In this document: positions 8,033 to 18,800 of the stretch, piece after piece
How positions within the stretch are numbered: position 1 is the first letter of the stretch
Layout: each line of letters opens with the position of its first letter
Source of the DNA: an uncultured Methanosarcinales archaeon
GTDB taxonomy: Archaea > Nanobdellota > Nanobdellia > Woesearchaeales > GW2011-AR4
Reading direction: 5' to 3'
Length of the DNA: 52,813 bases
Assembly (NCBI GenBank): GCA_964454865.1
Contig: CAYVTQ010000003.1
Coordinates: 1 to 52,813, forward strand
Made by a program: the position numbers and the translations under genes
The notes under the pieces: model-generated
Databases searched by the model: none
Told to the model about the DNA's origin: nothing
What the model saw: only the letters and a program-made list of their open reading frames with translations

Positions 8033-9487
8033 CTACAAATTTTTCAGGAATTTCCCGTACGCAACATTACTCTTAATATTAAAAATCAATTTTTCATTTA
8101 ATGATACTGGCTTCGTCATCTCCTCAGGACTCAATATGTTATTCAAATCACCTTCTTCAATCAAGCCATATTTTAGAATAATCTCCTTTATTGTCCTGTT
8201 TTCCCTTATCGCCTCTTTCACAATCTTTGAGACAGCCTGATAGCCAAGATAGGGATTCAATGCAGTTGCTGTTGCAGTGCTTTTCTCCAATAATTCCCTG
8301 CATCTTGCCTCATCTGCCTTTATCCCGTCAATGCAGAATCCCCTGAACATCTTAAAGGTGTTTATGAGAAGGTTCATTGACTGCAGAATGTTGTAGGCAA
8401 TGACAGGACACATTACATTTAATTCCAGAATGCTGTATTGCGCCGCCAGTTCAATGGTCTTGTCTTTTCCCATCACATCATAGCAAACCATAATTACGCA
8501 TTCAGGAATGCTTGGGTTGATTTTGCCCGGCATTATGGAAGAGCCGGGCTCAACATCTGGAAGTGTAATTTCGGCAATACCTCCTTTAGGGCCCGAATTT
8601 AAGATGCTTAAATTGTTGGATATCCTGAACAAGTCTATTGCAAGCATCTTCAATGCGCCTGAGAACGATACAAAGCAGTTGTAGTTTTGGGTTAATTCTA
8701 TCAGGTTATTGGAAGTTTTAAACTCTATATTCAATAATTGGCTTAAATTCTTTACTATCGTATTGTGGAATTCCGGATGGGCAGTTATTCCAGTTCCTAC
8801 TGCTGTTCCCCCTATGCCAAGCTCTTTTAATTCCACTGCAGCATTTGAGATTCTTTCAATGTCTTTTGCAATAGAGACAGCATAGCTTTCAAATTCCTGG
8901 CCTAAAGTGATTGGAACTGCATCTTCCCAGTGAGTCCTGCCGACTTTCAGTATTTCCTTGAATTCATCTGATTTTTTCATTAATGAGCTTTCAAAATTTT
9001 TTGATTCGCTGATTAATTCCTTCAGAAGCAATAAAATGGCGATTCTCGTGGCTGTAGGAATAACATCATTCGTGCTTTGCGCCATGTTGACATGGTTGTT
9101 TGGATTTACAATGTATTGTCCCAGCCTGCCGCCGAGAATTTCTGTCGCCCTGTTTGCAATGACTTCATTCATGCTCATGTTGAATGGAGTTCCTGCCCCT
9201 GCCTGATAGACATCAAGGACAAACTCATTGTCAAATCTGCCTTTGATAACCTCATCAGCGGCATTTATTATCGCGTTTCCGAGCTTTTCGTCCAATTGCC
9301 TTAATTGGATGTTAGCCATGGCAGCTGCTTTTTTAATTGAAGCAAGAGAGAAAAGGAATTCCTTGTGGGCCCTTATTCCGCTTATCTGGAAGTTATCACT
9401 TGCCCTTTGGGTGAAAGCGCCGTAATAGGCGTTTAGGGGGACTTTCACTTCGCCAAGGACGTCTTTTTCGGTTCTGAATTGGTTCAT
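8033..9487 (-). CDS. aspA: Aspartate ammonia-lyase (class II fumarase/aspartase superfamily)
   Basis: Signature GSSIMPGKINP. AspA-like AYYG and VYQAGAGT (FumC has WQTGSGTQ). NPSIPE resembles AspA NPVVPE. Confidence 0.85.
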   Translation of the reverse strand: MNQFRTEKDVLGEVKVPLNAYYGAFTQRASDNFQISGIRAHKEFLFSLASIKKAAAMANIQLRQLDEKLGNAIINAADEVIKGRFDNEFVLDVYQAGAGTPFNMSMNEVIANRATEILGGRLGQYIVNPNNHVNMAQSTNDVIPTATRIAILLLLKELISESKNFESSLMKKSDEFKEILKVGRTHWEDAVPITLGQEFESYAVSIAKDIERISNAAVELKELGIGGTAVGTGITAHPEFHNTIVKNLSQLLNIEFKTSNNLIELTQNYNCFVSFSGALKMLAIDLFRISNNLSILNSGPKGGIAEITLPDVEPGSSIMPGKINPSIPECVIMVCYDVMGKDKTIELAAQYSILELNVMCPVIAYNILQSMNLLINTFKMFRGFCIDGIKADEARCRELLEKSTATATALNPYLGYQAVSKIVKEAIRENRTIKEIILKYGLIEEGDLNNILSPEEMTKPVSLNEKLIFNIKSNVAYGKFLKNL

Positions 9488-9748
9488 AAGGGGAGAAAAG
9501 ATATTAGTTTTAAAAGGGTTTTTGTTGGAGAAGTAAAAAATTTATTATCAGCATACTTTTGGTTACTTAGGTTTAACTAATTTTTAAGATATTTGAGAAA
9601 CAGATTTTATCCATGAATTCCATAAACAAGTATCATAACTATGAATAGTATTATAAATCCAAATATAATTGAGAACAAACCACTTAAGAAAAGAGGTATT
9701 AAAAATGAGAAGATATTTTTTAGAAATTTTTTAAATCTATTTTTAGTT

Positions 9749-10207
9749 CTATTTTTTTCTTAGACTAATAAGTTGGTTTAATAAGAAAGTTATTACCCCA
9801 GTAACTAATGCTAGTGGGTATATAAATTTATTAAAGTGAATAACTTTATCATTACGTATCACATCTGTATCTAAATCGCCATATTCTGCTGAATTACTTA
9901 ATGCATAATGAAAATCAATAAAAATTATCAGTAATGCCCCAATTAAGAAAATAATTGAAACGAGGGAATATGATTTATAAATATCTTCTTCAGAGGCTAA
10001 CAAAATTTTCAATCTCCATAGAAAAAATAAAAATAATAATAGAGTTATTAGAAAAAGCACAATTAGTTCTAAAAATAAATAGCCCGATTCTGAATCAATT
10101 TCAAAATAAACAAAATAAAAATATAAATAAGAATATGCTATAAACAATGATAAAGAAAAAGAAATAGAATTAATACTTCTATTTATTAAAAAATTAGTAT
10201 TTGCCAT
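9749..10207 (-). CDS. Hypothetical membrane protein in a very AT-rich island
   Basis: ORF track. About 4 hydrophobic segments. Low-complexity and AT-rich, so the coding status is uncertain. Confidence 0.4.
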   Translation of the reverse strand: MANTNFLINRSINSISFSLSLFIAYSYLYFYFVYFEIDSESGYLFLELIVLFLITLLLFLFFLWRLKILLASEEDIYKSYSLVSIIFLIGALLIIFIDFHYALSNSAEYGDLDTDVIRNDKVIHFNKFIYPLALVTGVITFLLNQLISLRKK

Positions 10208-10234
10208 GTTTATTAATAATCAGTTATTTAATAT

Positions 10235-11419
10235 TTAAAATTTCCTCACAACCCCGCTCTCAACCGCAGCTTTCCTGACAGCCTCTGCAACTTTAGGCGC
10301 AACGTGGGTTTCAAGGGTATAAGGCAGTATCTTGTCTTTTTTCGGTACAACGCAGCCTGCTAATGCATGAGCCGCAGCTATCTTCATCTCATTGTTTATT
10401 TTTACTGCATTCGCGTCCAATGCTCCCCTGAACACGCCGGGAAAGCCAAGTGAATTATTGACTTGGTTTGGAAAATCGCTCCTTCCGGTTCCTACTATGG
10501 CAGCCACTTTCGAAGCCTCTTCTGGCATTATCTCCGGAACAGGATTGGCCATTGCAAAGACAATTGCATCTTTGTTCATTTTCCTTAAATCATTTGAATT
10601 TAGCAAATTGGCTTTTGAAACTCCTATGAAAACATCAGCGCCTTCCATGGCATCGCTTAATGCGCCTTTTCTTTTCTGCCTGTTCGTGTATCTTGCCAGG
10701 TCTTTCTTGAAGCTGTTCAGGTCGGGCCTGCCGTCATAGATTATGCCCTTGCTGTCGCACAAAACTATTTCTTTTACAGGCGTGCATATGTTTTTGTCAA
10801 CTCCGATGCACATGAGCAGCTTTGAAACAGCTATGCCTGCCGCACCTGCGCCGTTTATCACTATTTTCAGGTCTTCAGGAGCTTTCTTCACGACTTTACA
10901 GGCATTCAGCAGTGCAGCCAGAACAACTATCGCAGTGCCGTGCTGGTCGTCGTGCATTACAGGAATGCCGATGTCAAGCAGCGCTTCCTCAATTGCAAAG
11001 CACCTTGGGGCTGCAATGTCCTCAAGATTGATGCCGCCGAAAACAGGCGTGATGTTCTTCACAATATTGATGATTTCATTGTTATCCTGCGTCTTTATGC
11101 AGATCGGAAATGCGTCTATTCCTGCCAATTCCTTGAAAAGAACGCATTTGCCTTCCATCACCGGAATGGAGGCTTCTGCCCCTATGTTGCCAAGCCCAAG
11201 AACAGCGCTGCCGTCTGTCACAACAGCAACAGAATTGGATTTCATTGTATATTTGTAGATATTGCTTTTGTTTGCGGCAATTTCCCTGCAGACTTCGGCA
11301 ACCCCAGGAGTATAGACAATGCTGAGGTCTTCTTTTGTCTTTACAGGGAATTTGGAGCATACTGCCAGCTTGCCTTTGTTTTCAAGGTGGAGCTTCAGGG
11401 ATTTTTGGTTTAAGTCCAT
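10235..11419 (-). CDS. NAD(P)-dependent malic enzyme
   Basis: Motifs VYTPGVAEVC, VVTDGSAVLGLGNIG and NGAGAAGIAV. Start moved to the internal ATG (MDLNQKSLK), because the longer ORF overlaps the gdh stop region. Confidence 0.9.
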   Translation of the reverse strand: MDLNQKSLKLHLENKGKLAVCSKFPVKTKEDLSIVYTPGVAEVCREIAANKSNIYKYTMKSNSVAVVTDGSAVLGLGNIGAEASIPVMEGKCVLFKELAGIDAFPICIKTQDNNEIINIVKNITPVFGGINLEDIAAPRCFAIEEALLDIGIPVMHDDQHGTAIVVLAALLNACKVVKKAPEDLKIVINGAGAAGIAVSKLLMCIGVDKNICTPVKEIVLCDSKGIIYDGRPDLNSFKKDLARYTNRQKRKGALSDAMEGADVFIGVSKANLLNSNDLRKMNKDAIVFAMANPVPEIMPEEASKVAAIVGTGRSDFPNQVNNSLGFPGVFRGALDANAVKINNEMKIAAAHALAGCVVPKKDKILPYTLETHVAPKVAEAVRKAAVESGVVRKF

Positions 11420-11453
11420 TTTGACTATTTTATAAGAATTCGGGAGATTTATT

Positions 11454-12695
11454 TTAAATCTTCCTCTTCCTCTCAGCCTCAAGCACTTTCTTTATTGCAG
11501 AAATGTACAAAGAATCGCGCATGTTGCAGTCGTAATTATGGCATGATTTTGAAAGCTCCTGGACTGCCTGCTCCATTTTTTCCTTTAATTTTTTGAGGAC
11601 TTCCTTCTCGCTCCACTTCTCATTATTGAGATTTTGAACCCACTCAAAATAGCTTACAATCACTCCGCCTGCATTTGCCAGAATATCAGGAATAACCTTT
11701 ATTTTTTTCTTGAGTAAAATCTCATCTGCTTCAGTTGTTACAGGGCCGTTTGCCATTTCAAGAATTATTCTGGCTTTTATCTTATTGGCATTTTCTTTTG
11801 TGATTACATTTTCCAGCGCAGAAGGTATGATGACATCAGCATCAAGCTCAAGCAATCTCTCGTTGGAAATCTCTTCAGCGCCTTTAAGCTTTGCAACGCT
11901 TCCTGTTTTATTCTTGTGGAATATAACTTCTTTTACATTTAATCCATTTTTATTGTATATTCCGCCTTTTGAATCGCTGACAGCGACTATCTTGTAGCCC
12001 CACTCGTCAAGTATCCTTGCAATATGCATACCCACATTTCCAAATCCCTGGACTGCAACAGCGAGCTTCTTTTTGTCCATCTTCAGGTCTTTAATCACGT
12101 GGTCAAGGACATAAGCGCCGCCGTATGAGGTGGAATATTCCCTTCCCATGCTGCCTCCCAATTCAACTGGCTTCCCTGTGATGATTGCAGGGCATTTTTT
12201 CCCGATTATTTTTTCGTACTCGTCAAGCATCCACCCCATTATCTCCGGGTTTGTGTTTACGTCAGGGGCAGGTATGTCTATTTTAGGGCCTATAAATTTT
12301 GCCAATTCGCGCATGAAAGCCCTGCTTACCCTTTCAATTTCTTTTTTAGAATACTTATGCGGATTTATCACAACTCCGCCTTTGCCGCCGCCATAAGGAA
12401 GATTTCCAACAGCGCATTTTAATGTCATCAGGAAAGCAAGTGTTTTTACTTCCTCCAGATTAAGCTCGGGATGGAACCTTAAGCCCCCTTTTGCAGGTCC
12501 GCGGGCGTCATTAAACTGCACCCTATAGCCTGTAAAGTACCTTATTTTACCTGAGTCAAGCTTTACAGGAAAGCTCAAGATAATGACCTTCTTAGGTATT
12601 GTAAGGATATCTATATCAGCCTCGTCAAGCTTTAGAACCTCTGCAACTTTGTCTATATGCCTGGAGCAGTCTATGCAGATATTGTCTTTTTCCAT
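11454..12695 (-). CDS. gdhA: Glutamate dehydrogenase
   Basis: Motifs GPAKGGLRFHP, KCAVGNLPYGGGKGG and VQGFGNVG. Confidence 0.95.
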   Translation of the reverse strand: MEKDNICIDCSRHIDKVAEVLKLDEADIDILTIPKKVIILSFPVKLDSGKIRYFTGYRVQFNDARGPAKGGLRFHPELNLEEVKTLAFLMTLKCAVGNLPYGGGKGGVVINPHKYSKKEIERVSRAFMRELAKFIGPKIDIPAPDVNTNPEIMGWMLDEYEKIIGKKCPAIITGKPVELGGSMGREYSTSYGGAYVLDHVIKDLKMDKKKLAVAVQGFGNVGMHIARILDEWGYKIVAVSDSKGGIYNKNGLNVKEVIFHKNKTGSVAKLKGAEEISNERLLELDADVIIPSALENVITKENANKIKARIILEMANGPVTTEADEILLKKKIKVIPDILANAGGVIVSYFEWVQNLNNEKWSEKEVLKKLKEKMEQAVQELSKSCHNYDCNMRDSLYISAIKKVLEAERKRKI

Positions 12696-12721
12696 ATAAA
12701 AAAGAAATCTTATTTCCCTTT

Positions 12722-13006
12722 TTAAAGCTTAAGGATTTTTTTCATTCTGGAAGGATTATAGCCCACGATTATCTCTCCATTTATGTCAATTACAGGCACT
12801 CCGAACTGGTGAGATTTTTCAAACATATCCTTTCCTGCTTTTTCGTCAGCGCTGACATTAATGTCCTTAAAAGAAATATTGTTGGCTTTCAGAAACTCTT
12901 TTGCCTTCATGCACCACGGGCATGTTGATGTGCTGTAGACTAAAACTTGGGGCTTTGATGGCCTGCTTTTTTCCTGTTTTTCCTGTTTTGGTTTTTTGGG
13001 CGGCAT
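12722..13006 (-). CDS. Glutaredoxin-like small redox protein (CPWC)
   Basis: Motifs VLVYSTSTCPWCMKAKEFL and GVPVIDINGEIIVGY. Lys/Pro-rich N-terminal tail. Confidence 0.8.
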   Translation of the reverse strand: MPPKKPKQEKQEKSRPSKPQVLVYSTSTCPWCMKAKEFLKANNISFKDINVSADEKAGKDMFEKSHQFGVPVIDINGEIIVGYNPSRMKKILKL

Positions 13007-13105
13007 TTTGGCTTCTTGTTATTGCCTGCTTGCTTAAGGTGAGTTATACATAATTCTTTGTTTTAGCATCAAGATTTATATATCTTTTTAAAATCCATCA
13101 GTATA

Positions 13106-13771
13106 ATGAAAATCGGCTCGATCAAAGATAAAATTCCTGAGGAGTTGTATGAAGCCCTGCTTAGCGAGAAAATAACGGAGATGAGACCTGCCCAGGAAAA
13201 AGCCATCGGTAAAGGCCTTCTGGAAGGAAAGAATCTTCTTGTCTGCACACCAACGGCAAGCGGAAAGACCCTGATTGCGGAGCTGGCGTGCTTCAAGGCT
13301 GTTTTTGAAAAAAGAGGAAAAGCTGTTTACATTGTGCCGCTAAAGGCGCTGGCATCTGAAAAATACAATGATTTCAAAAGAAAATACGGCAATAAGGCAA
13401 AAATTGCGCTGTCAATCGGGGATTCTGACTCTTCGGATTCTTATCTATCTGAATATGATGCAATAATCACCACATCCGAAAAGCTTGATTCCCTGATAAG
13501 GCACAGGATACCATGGCTTGCTGAAGTAAAGGTTGTTGTCGTTGATGAAGTGCATCTTCTCAATGATGCCTCAAGAGGCCCGACATTGGAAATAATCCTG
13601 ACAATACTGATGCAGCTTCTTAAAAAAACCCAGTTTATTGCGCTGTCAGCCACAATAGGCAACCCAAAAGAGCTTGCAGAATGGCTGAATGCGGAATTGG
13701 TCGAGGATGACTGGAGGCCTGTAAAGCTCGAGAAGGGAGTTTATTTCGGAGGGGAGATTGAGTTTCATTAA
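13106..13771 (+). pseudogene. Hel308/Ski2-like helicase, N-terminal RecA1 domain only (truncated)
   Basis: Walker A CTPTASGKT, DEVH box and DWRPVKLEKGVY, then a stop after 221 aa. The roughly 450-500 aa normally following (RecA2, WH and ratchet domains) are absent. A repeat element lies 90 nt downstream. Confidence 0.6.
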
Positions 13772-13860
13772 AGAGCAGCATACCTAATTGGAGTTGCGGC
13801 TAAATAACAAAGGGATTTGGGGCAATAATTCACTATTCTAAATCTTTTTATCGTCAATCC

Positions 13861-14010
13861 TCAATCCGCCTTCGGCATATCTACTGCGAGGCGTCGCTGT
13901 CTGCCACACGCTCCGCCTCGCCATTTATTGAAATCGATTCGAGGCGGAATTTTAATGGCAGTAAAAATTCCGCCGAGTGTATCTTGGTCGCGAGGCGACG
14001 GAATGAATTG
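13861..14010 (+). mobile_element. MITE-like structured repeat, family 2, copy 1 (full length)
   Basis: Aligns by hand to the reverse complement of 23801-23960 and partly to 37036-37137. Imperfect terminal inverted repeat TCAATCCGCC...GACGGAATGA. Internal hairpins GCGAGGCG-N20-CGCCTCGC and GGCGGAATTTT-N9-AAAAATTCCGCC. Confidence 0.7.
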
Positions 14011-14012
14011 AT

Positions 14013-14543
14013 ATGCAACTTCAGAAAGCTAAATCCTTACTTTTCTGCATAATCTTATTAAACGGAGTAATATTAAACGGGTTTATGAATTATTATGGCG
14101 GATTAGGATTGGCAGAGTGTTGTGGTTCCTCAGAATCCCCCACAGGTCCAGAAAGAAGGAGAGGATTTGGCGGCGCTGTGGATGGAATAGAGCTTCTTCT
14201 TGGAATTATCGCTGACGGCATAGTTACAAGCCCCGAAAAGCTTGCGGCTTATGAGCGTGTTGTCAGGAAAAAATACCAATTTATGCTAGATTTTTATTCG
14301 GCTGCTAAATCTGAAATTGCCTATCCATGTGATGAATTATCCCATCCATTATCTGAAACCGGAGATCAGCTGGAAAATCTGTGCCCTGCAATTGATGGTT
14401 TTTTTGCAGAGATAAAAAAGAAGGGCGCAGCTTCCTGGTCAATTGAGGAAAAATTTGGGATTGTCAGCAGGATTTTACAAAAGATAAGGGAGACAGGCAC
14501 TTCTGAATACATTGACAGGATAGGGATTTTGAATCGAGGCTAA
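14013..14543 (+). CDS. Hypothetical protein
   Basis: ORF track only. The ATG sits directly after the repeat element. The stop abuts the pcm stop. Confidence 0.35.
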   Translation: MQLQKAKSLLFCIILLNGVILNGFMNYYGGLGLAECCGSSESPTGPERRRGFGGAVDGIELLLGIIADGIVTSPEKLAAYERVVRKKYQFMLDFYSAAKSEIAYPCDELSHPLSETGDQLENLCPAIDGFFAEIKKKGAASWSIEEKFGIVSRILQKIRETGTSEYIDRIGILNRG

Positions 14544-15197
14544 TCAGTCCTCAAACCCGTATTTCCCGTACATTGGCGTGAATAAAAACTGCCCGAGGAA
14601 TTCTATGTCGAGCTTGCCGTCATTGCGCTTGATGCCTTTCACCATCTCCTGCTCGTTTTGATCGCCGACAGGCCCGACTATTATGCCGCCGGGCTTCAGC
14701 TGCTCCAGCAATTTTTTGGGAAATTCCCTGCAGGCTGCTGTTATTATGATTTTGTCAAAAGGAGCCTCTTTTTCCATTCCGTTTGAGCCGTCCTCCTCAT
14801 GCACAAATGCGTTGATTATGCCCGCCTGCTTCAAATTCTGCCTTGCAAAGCTGACAAGCTCTGGTATCACTTCAGTGGACACCACTTTTCCATCCTGCCC
14901 AACAATCTTCGCTATGATTGCAGACTGAAAGCCTGAGCCTGCTCCTATTTCAAAAACCTTGTCTCCCTTATTCAGCTCCAATGAGTGGGTCATGATCATC
15001 ACTGTGCTCGGCTGGGATATTGTTTTGCCCCTTATCAATGGAAGAGGCCTGTCGCTGTAAGCAGCAGGCTTAAGTTCGGCATGGACAAAATCCTCCCTGT
15101 TTATTTCCTTAAAAGCCTCAATCTCTATATCCCTAAACTTGAAATGCTGGCTCCAGAAGCTTAATAAAATCTCTTTTTGCGCGTACATTTTAATCAT
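14544..15197 (-). CDS. pcm: Protein-L-isoaspartate O-methyltransferase
   Basis: Motifs TISQPSTVMIMTHSLEL and EIGAGSGFQSAIIAKIV. Confidence 0.9.
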   Translation of the reverse strand: MIKMYAQKEILLSFWSQHFKFRDIEIEAFKEINREDFVHAELKPAAYSDRPLPLIRGKTISQPSTVMIMTHSLELNKGDKVFEIGAGSGFQSAIIAKIVGQDGKVVSTEVIPELVSFARQNLKQAGIINAFVHEEDGSNGMEKEAPFDKIIITAACREFPKKLLEQLKPGGIIVGPVGDQNEQEMVKGIKRNDGKLDIEFLGQFLFTPMYGKYGFED

Positions 15198-15274
15198 TTC
15201 CCTTTATGCGTTTCCAATATATAAATCATTCTATGCAAACTTTTATAAATCTCCGCATTTAGCTTATTTTTTTA

Positions 15275-15859
15275 ATGATACTTGGATTAACAGGTTTAAT
15301 AGGCTCCGGCAAAACAACAATAGCTAAATTCTTTTCAGAGCATGGCTTTATTGTGATAGACGCCGACAAGGCAGGGCATGAAATTCTCGAGAATGACGAG
15401 ATAGTGAAAATTGAAGTGATCAATGAATTCGGCGATGATATTCTTGACGGGCTTGGCAATATTGACAGGGAAAAGCTTGGAGACATTGTTTTCGGCAACG
15501 AGCCTATGCTTGAGAAACTTAACAGCCTGCTGCATCCTGTTATCATCAGCAGCATTAAGGGCTCCATCAACAGCTATAAAAAAAACAATAAGACTGATAT
15601 TTTGGTTGAGGCGCCGCTTCTTATCGAGACTGATGCTAAAAATCTAGTTGAAAAAATCATTGTAATAAAATCATCAAAAGAGAATATAATGAAAAGGCTG
15701 CCTGGCAAATATTCAAAAGAAAAGATTGATAAGATAATCAAAAGCCAGATGCCTGTTGAGGAGAAACTGAAGTATGCTGATTTTGTTATTGACAACAACG
15801 GAAGCATAGAGGATGCAAGAAGGCAGGCTGAGGGGATAATTAAAAAATTGGAAAAATGA
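15275..15859 (+). CDS. coaE: Dephospho-CoA kinase, bacterial CoaE type
   Basis: P-loop GLTGLIGSGKTT with typical CoaE length and layout. 4-nt ATGA overlap with carB. Confidence 0.85.
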   Translation: MILGLTGLIGSGKTTIAKFFSEHGFIVIDADKAGHEILENDEIVKIEVINEFGDDILDGLGNIDREKLGDIVFGNEPMLEKLNSLLHPVIISSIKGSINSYKKNNKTDILVEAPLLIETDAKNLVEKIIVIKSSKENIMKRLPGKYSKEKIDKIIKSQMPVEEKLKYADFVIDNNGSIEDARRQAEGIIKKLEK

Positions 15860-18800
15860 CAAAACCAAAGAAAGTTTTAGTTTTAGGAAGCGGAAGCCTG
15901 AAGATAGGACAGGCGGGCGAATTTGACTATTCCGGTTCGCAGTGCCTGAAAGCCCTGAGAGAAGAGGGAATCAAGACAATACTCATCAATCCGAACATCG
16001 CTACTATCCAGACCAGTGAGGGAATGGCCGACAAAATCTATTTTCTTCCCGTAACTCCTTTTTTTGTAGAGAAAGTCATTGAGAAAGAAAAGCCTGACGG
16101 CATAATGCTTTCATTCGGGGGGCAGACTGCGCTTAACTGCGGAGTTGAGCTGGCTGATTCAGGGGCTTTTGAAAAAAATAATGTAAGAGTTTTAGGCACG
16201 CAGATCCAGACAATAAAAGACACGGAAGACAGGGACTTGTTTGTCAAAAAACTCAATGAAGTCAAACTCAAAACTCCTAAAAGCAAGGCTGTTGAAAGCA
16301 TAAATGAGGCGATAAAAACTGCCAGTAATATAGGCTATCCTGTCATGATAAGGGCAGCCTATGCCTTAGGGGGCCAGGGCTCCGGAACTGCTGAAAATGA
16401 GGAAAAGCTCAGAGAGATCGCAAAGAGGGCATTCTCATATTCAAAGCAGATACTTGTCGAGGAGTATCTTGGAGGGTGGAAGGAGATAGAGTATGAAGTT
16501 GTCCGCGATTCTTATGACAACTGCATCACTGTCTGCAACATGGAAAATTTTGACCCGATGGGCATACATACAGGGGAGAGCATTGTTGTTGCGCCTTCGC
16601 AGACTTTGACAAACTCGGAGTACCACAAGCTGAGGGAGATTTCAATAAAAGTCATCAGGCATCTTGGCATAGTGGGGGAGTGCAATATACAATATGCGCT
16701 TGATCCAAATTCCGAAGATTACAGGATTATCGAGGTTAATGCCAGGCTGTCAAGAAGCTCTGCATTGGCGTCAAAGGCAACAGGATACCAGCTGGCTTTT
16801 GTCGCCGCAAAGCTGGCTTTGGGATATTCTCTTGCAGAGCTTGAAAATTCAATCACAAAAGCGACAAAATCGTGCTTTGAGCCCGCGCTTGATTATATCG
16901 TTGTCAAGATGCCAAGATGGGACATGGAGAAATTCAGGAATGTAAGCTTTACAATAGGCAGCGAGATGAAATCTGTCGGAGAGGTAATGGCAATAGGGAG
17001 GAAATTTGAAGAAGCGCTCCAGAAGGCAATAAGGATGCTTGGAATGGGGTTTCACGGGCTGGTTGCCAACAATACAGGTCTCAGCGGTATTGACAATATC
17101 AAAAACGAGCTGAGGAATCCCACTGACAAAAGGCTGCTGGTGATAGTGGATGCGCTTAAGAAAAATTTCAGCGTTGATGAGATTCATGAATTGACAAAGA
17201 TTGACAGGTGGTTCCTGTATAAGATAGAAAATGCCCTTGAAACTGAAAGGGAGCTGAAAAAATATGATATGGGAAGCATTCCAAAAGACGTTCTGAGGAA
17301 TGCCAAAGAGCAGGGATTTTCGGATTTCCAGATTGCAAAGATAACAAGCAGCGAAAAATCAGATTTGCAGAAAAAGGCGCTTGAAGCCAGAAATCTGAGG
17401 AAGAAATACGGCATTTTGCCTTGCATAAAGCAGATTGACACGCTTGCTGCTGAATATCCCGCAAAGACCAACTACCTTTACATGACCTATAACGGCAGCG
17501 GCGATGACATATCATTCGGCAATAAAAAAAGCATAATTGTACTAGGCTCGGGGGCTTACAGGATAGGATCTTCTGTGGAGTTTGACTGGTGCTGCGTAAA
17601 TGCAGCTTCCACAGCAAAGGAGATGGGATACAACTCCATCATGATAAACTGCAATCCTGAAACAGTAAGCACGGATTATGACATCTGCGACAGGCTTTAT
17701 TTTGAAGAATTGACCTTTGAGAGGGTGCTCGATATTTATGAGAAGGAAAATCCTGACGGGATAATCATCTCGATGGGAGGGCAGGTTCCGAATAATCTTG
17801 CAATGAAGCTGCACAGGCAGAATGCCAGGATTCTGGGGACGGGCCCGTTAAGCATTGACAGCGCGGAAGACAGGCATAAGTTTTCAGCTTTGCTGGACAG
17901 ATTGGGAGTGGACCAGCCTGAATGGACAGAAGCCAAGTCAATGAACGAAGCAGAGAAGTTTGCAGATAAAGCAGGATATCCTGTCTTGATAAGGCCGTCT
18001 TATGTGCTCAGCGGAGCTGCAATGAGCGTCGCATCAAACAGGAAAGAGCTGGAAGATTACCTGGAAAAAGCCGCAAAAGTCTCAAAAGAGCATCCTGTCG
18101 TCATTTCGAAATTCATAACAAATGCAAAAGAGATTGAGATAGACGCGGTTGCCGATAAAGGCAGCATTTTAATTTACGCAATATCAGAGCATATCGAGAA
18201 TGCAGGAGTGCATTCAGGCGACGCCACACTGGTTTTGCCGCCGCAATTCACATACATTGAAACGATAAAGCGCATCAAAGGGATTGCAAAAAAAATAGCA
18301 AAATCGCTTGAGATAACAGGCCCTTTCAATATCCAGTTTATTGCAAAACAGAATGACATAAAGGTGATAGAATGCAACCTCCGCGCGTCAAGAAGCTTCC
18401 CGTTTGTTTCGAAAGTCACAAAGCATAATTTCATCGGCATTGCGACGAAGGCAATTATGGGCTCTGCGCCGAAGCAGAAATACAACACCCTGGACTTTGA
18501 TTATGTTGGAGTCAAGTCCCCTCAATTTTCATTCTCAAGGCTCCATGGGGCAGACCCGCTGCTGTCGGTTGAGATGGCGTCGACAGGGGAAGTGGGGTGC
18601 ATGGGAGATGACATTTATGACGCATTTTTGAAATCAATTTTATCAGTTGGGTTCAAGATGCCTAAAAAAACAATCCTGCTTTCGACAGGCCCGATAAAAG
18701 ACAAGGCATACCTCCTGGAAAGCATAAGAAAGCTCTACGAGATGGGATTTGAGCTTTATGCAACAAAGGGGACATCTAAATTTCTTGAGAAAAACGGCAT

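Noticed and set aside
9600-9720. Possible small hydrophobic peptide gene on the minus strand
   Set aside because: The frame is closed by a TAA upstream. The only ATG leaves a 9-aa peptide, so there is no plausible start.
10392-11413. Several 115-171-aa plus-strand ORFs opposite the malic enzyme gene
   Set aside because: These are antisense shadows of a well-supported CDS.
13944-14000. Mini-ORF MAVKIPPSVSW... inside the family-2 repeats (also the 66-aa ORF at 37082-37282 and the 71-aa ORF at 23762-23977)
   Set aside because: The reading frame is not conserved in length between copies. The sequence is better explained by the conserved hairpin structure.
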